A DNA stretch of 64,000 nucleotides, taken from the IMG/VR virus record IMGVR_UViG_3300010391_000120, positions 5,065 to 69,064 of that record. One strand, written 5' to 3'. Source of the DNA: a virus. This document shows positions 63,519 to 64,000 of the stretch, in pieces; the first letter of the stretch is position 1, and every line of letters starts with the position of its first letter. The translations under genes were made by a program, and so were the position numbers. The notes beneath the pieces are model-generated. The model was not told where the DNA came from. It saw only the letters and a list, made by a program, of their open reading frames with translations, and made no database searches.

Positions 63519-64000
63519 ATGACAGAAATACCTGTAGCGGAAACTCTGAGGCAGAAGTTAAACCCCTTGCCTTATGCGGCTAATTTGAATATGGGCTGTG
63601 ATCCGGAGTTTTTCTTTACCAGAAAAGGTAAAGTTATTGGTTCAGAAAAAGTTTTGACAAAGGGGGAACACAAAGCGGATACAATATGGGGCGGCAAGTT
63701 TATCGTGGATGGTGTCCAAGCAGAATTAAACCCCACACCTTCGACCTGCCGAGCGGGGGTTGGTAATGCTATTCGCCTTTGCTTTCAGGATCTTCACAAT
63801 AAGATTTTGAAAAACCAAGCAGATCTTTCCGCCGACTTCTCGCAATGTATTGAAGTTGACCAGGCTGAAATGGATTCGCTGAGTGAGAAATTCAAAGTTT
63901 TTGGCTGTGCCCCAAGCACCAACATTTATAATGAAGGCAAATGTAAGACTAGCGTAATTACCGTTGACCCGAAGAAGTATCTCGGCCGCTCTGCTGGTGG
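63519..64000 (+). CDS. phiEco32-like COOH-NH2 ligase (type 2), truncated by the window end
   Basis: Manual translation: MGCDPEFF, DGVQAELNP, FGCAPS.N.Y, GRSAG; promoter TTGACA(63474)-16-TAAAAT. Confidence 0.88.
   Translation, partial: MTEIPVAETLRQKLNPLPYAANLNMGCDPEFFFTRKGKVIGSEKVLTKGEHKADTIWGGKFIVDGVQAELNPTPSTCRAGVGNAIRLCFQDLHNKILKNQADLSADFSQCIEVDQAEMDSLSEKFKVFGCAPSTNIYNEGKCKTSVITVDPKKYLGRSAG

Overview
AT-rich, gene-dense segment of a large (jumbo/huge) dsDNA bacteriophage genome. No host-type housekeeping operons and no capsid, terminase or polymerase genes lie in the window. There are three blocks. (1) 1-16.3 kb (+): probable late/virion-associated genes, an SF2 helicase, GDP-mannose dehydratase and a vWA protein. 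(2) 16.5-40.1 kb (-): many small accessory ORFs plus ClpP-like protease, nucleotidyltransferase, DEDDh exonuclease, ATP-dependent DNA ligase, ThyX and an intein-containing AAA ATPase. (3) 40.3-64 kb (+): a tRNA array with several atypical tRNA-like and structured RNAs, dCMP deaminase, an NAD salvage module (NadM-Nudix, Nudix, NAMPT) and an amide-ligase cluster (three COOH-NH2 ligases, class II GATase, two ATP-grasp enzymes). About ten free-standing homing endonucleases are scattered throughout. Most notable: (a) the amide-ligase cluster has Lys-poor enzymes, a Lys-free disordered protein and a shared LPVVERE motif, and an NTase elsewhere has a 281-aa tail with no Lys/Ser/Thr/Cys, together suggesting a phage protein-conjugation system; (b) a D-armless tRNA-Arg(CCT) has its D-loop motif 3' of the anticodon arm; (c) a conserved hairpin motif precedes both NAD-salvage genes; (d) a covarying RNA element sits at fixed spacing after two stop codons. 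Several single-base frameshifts suggest assembly errors, so single-nucleotide oddities need read-level checking. All calls are from motif recognition by eye, without database searches.
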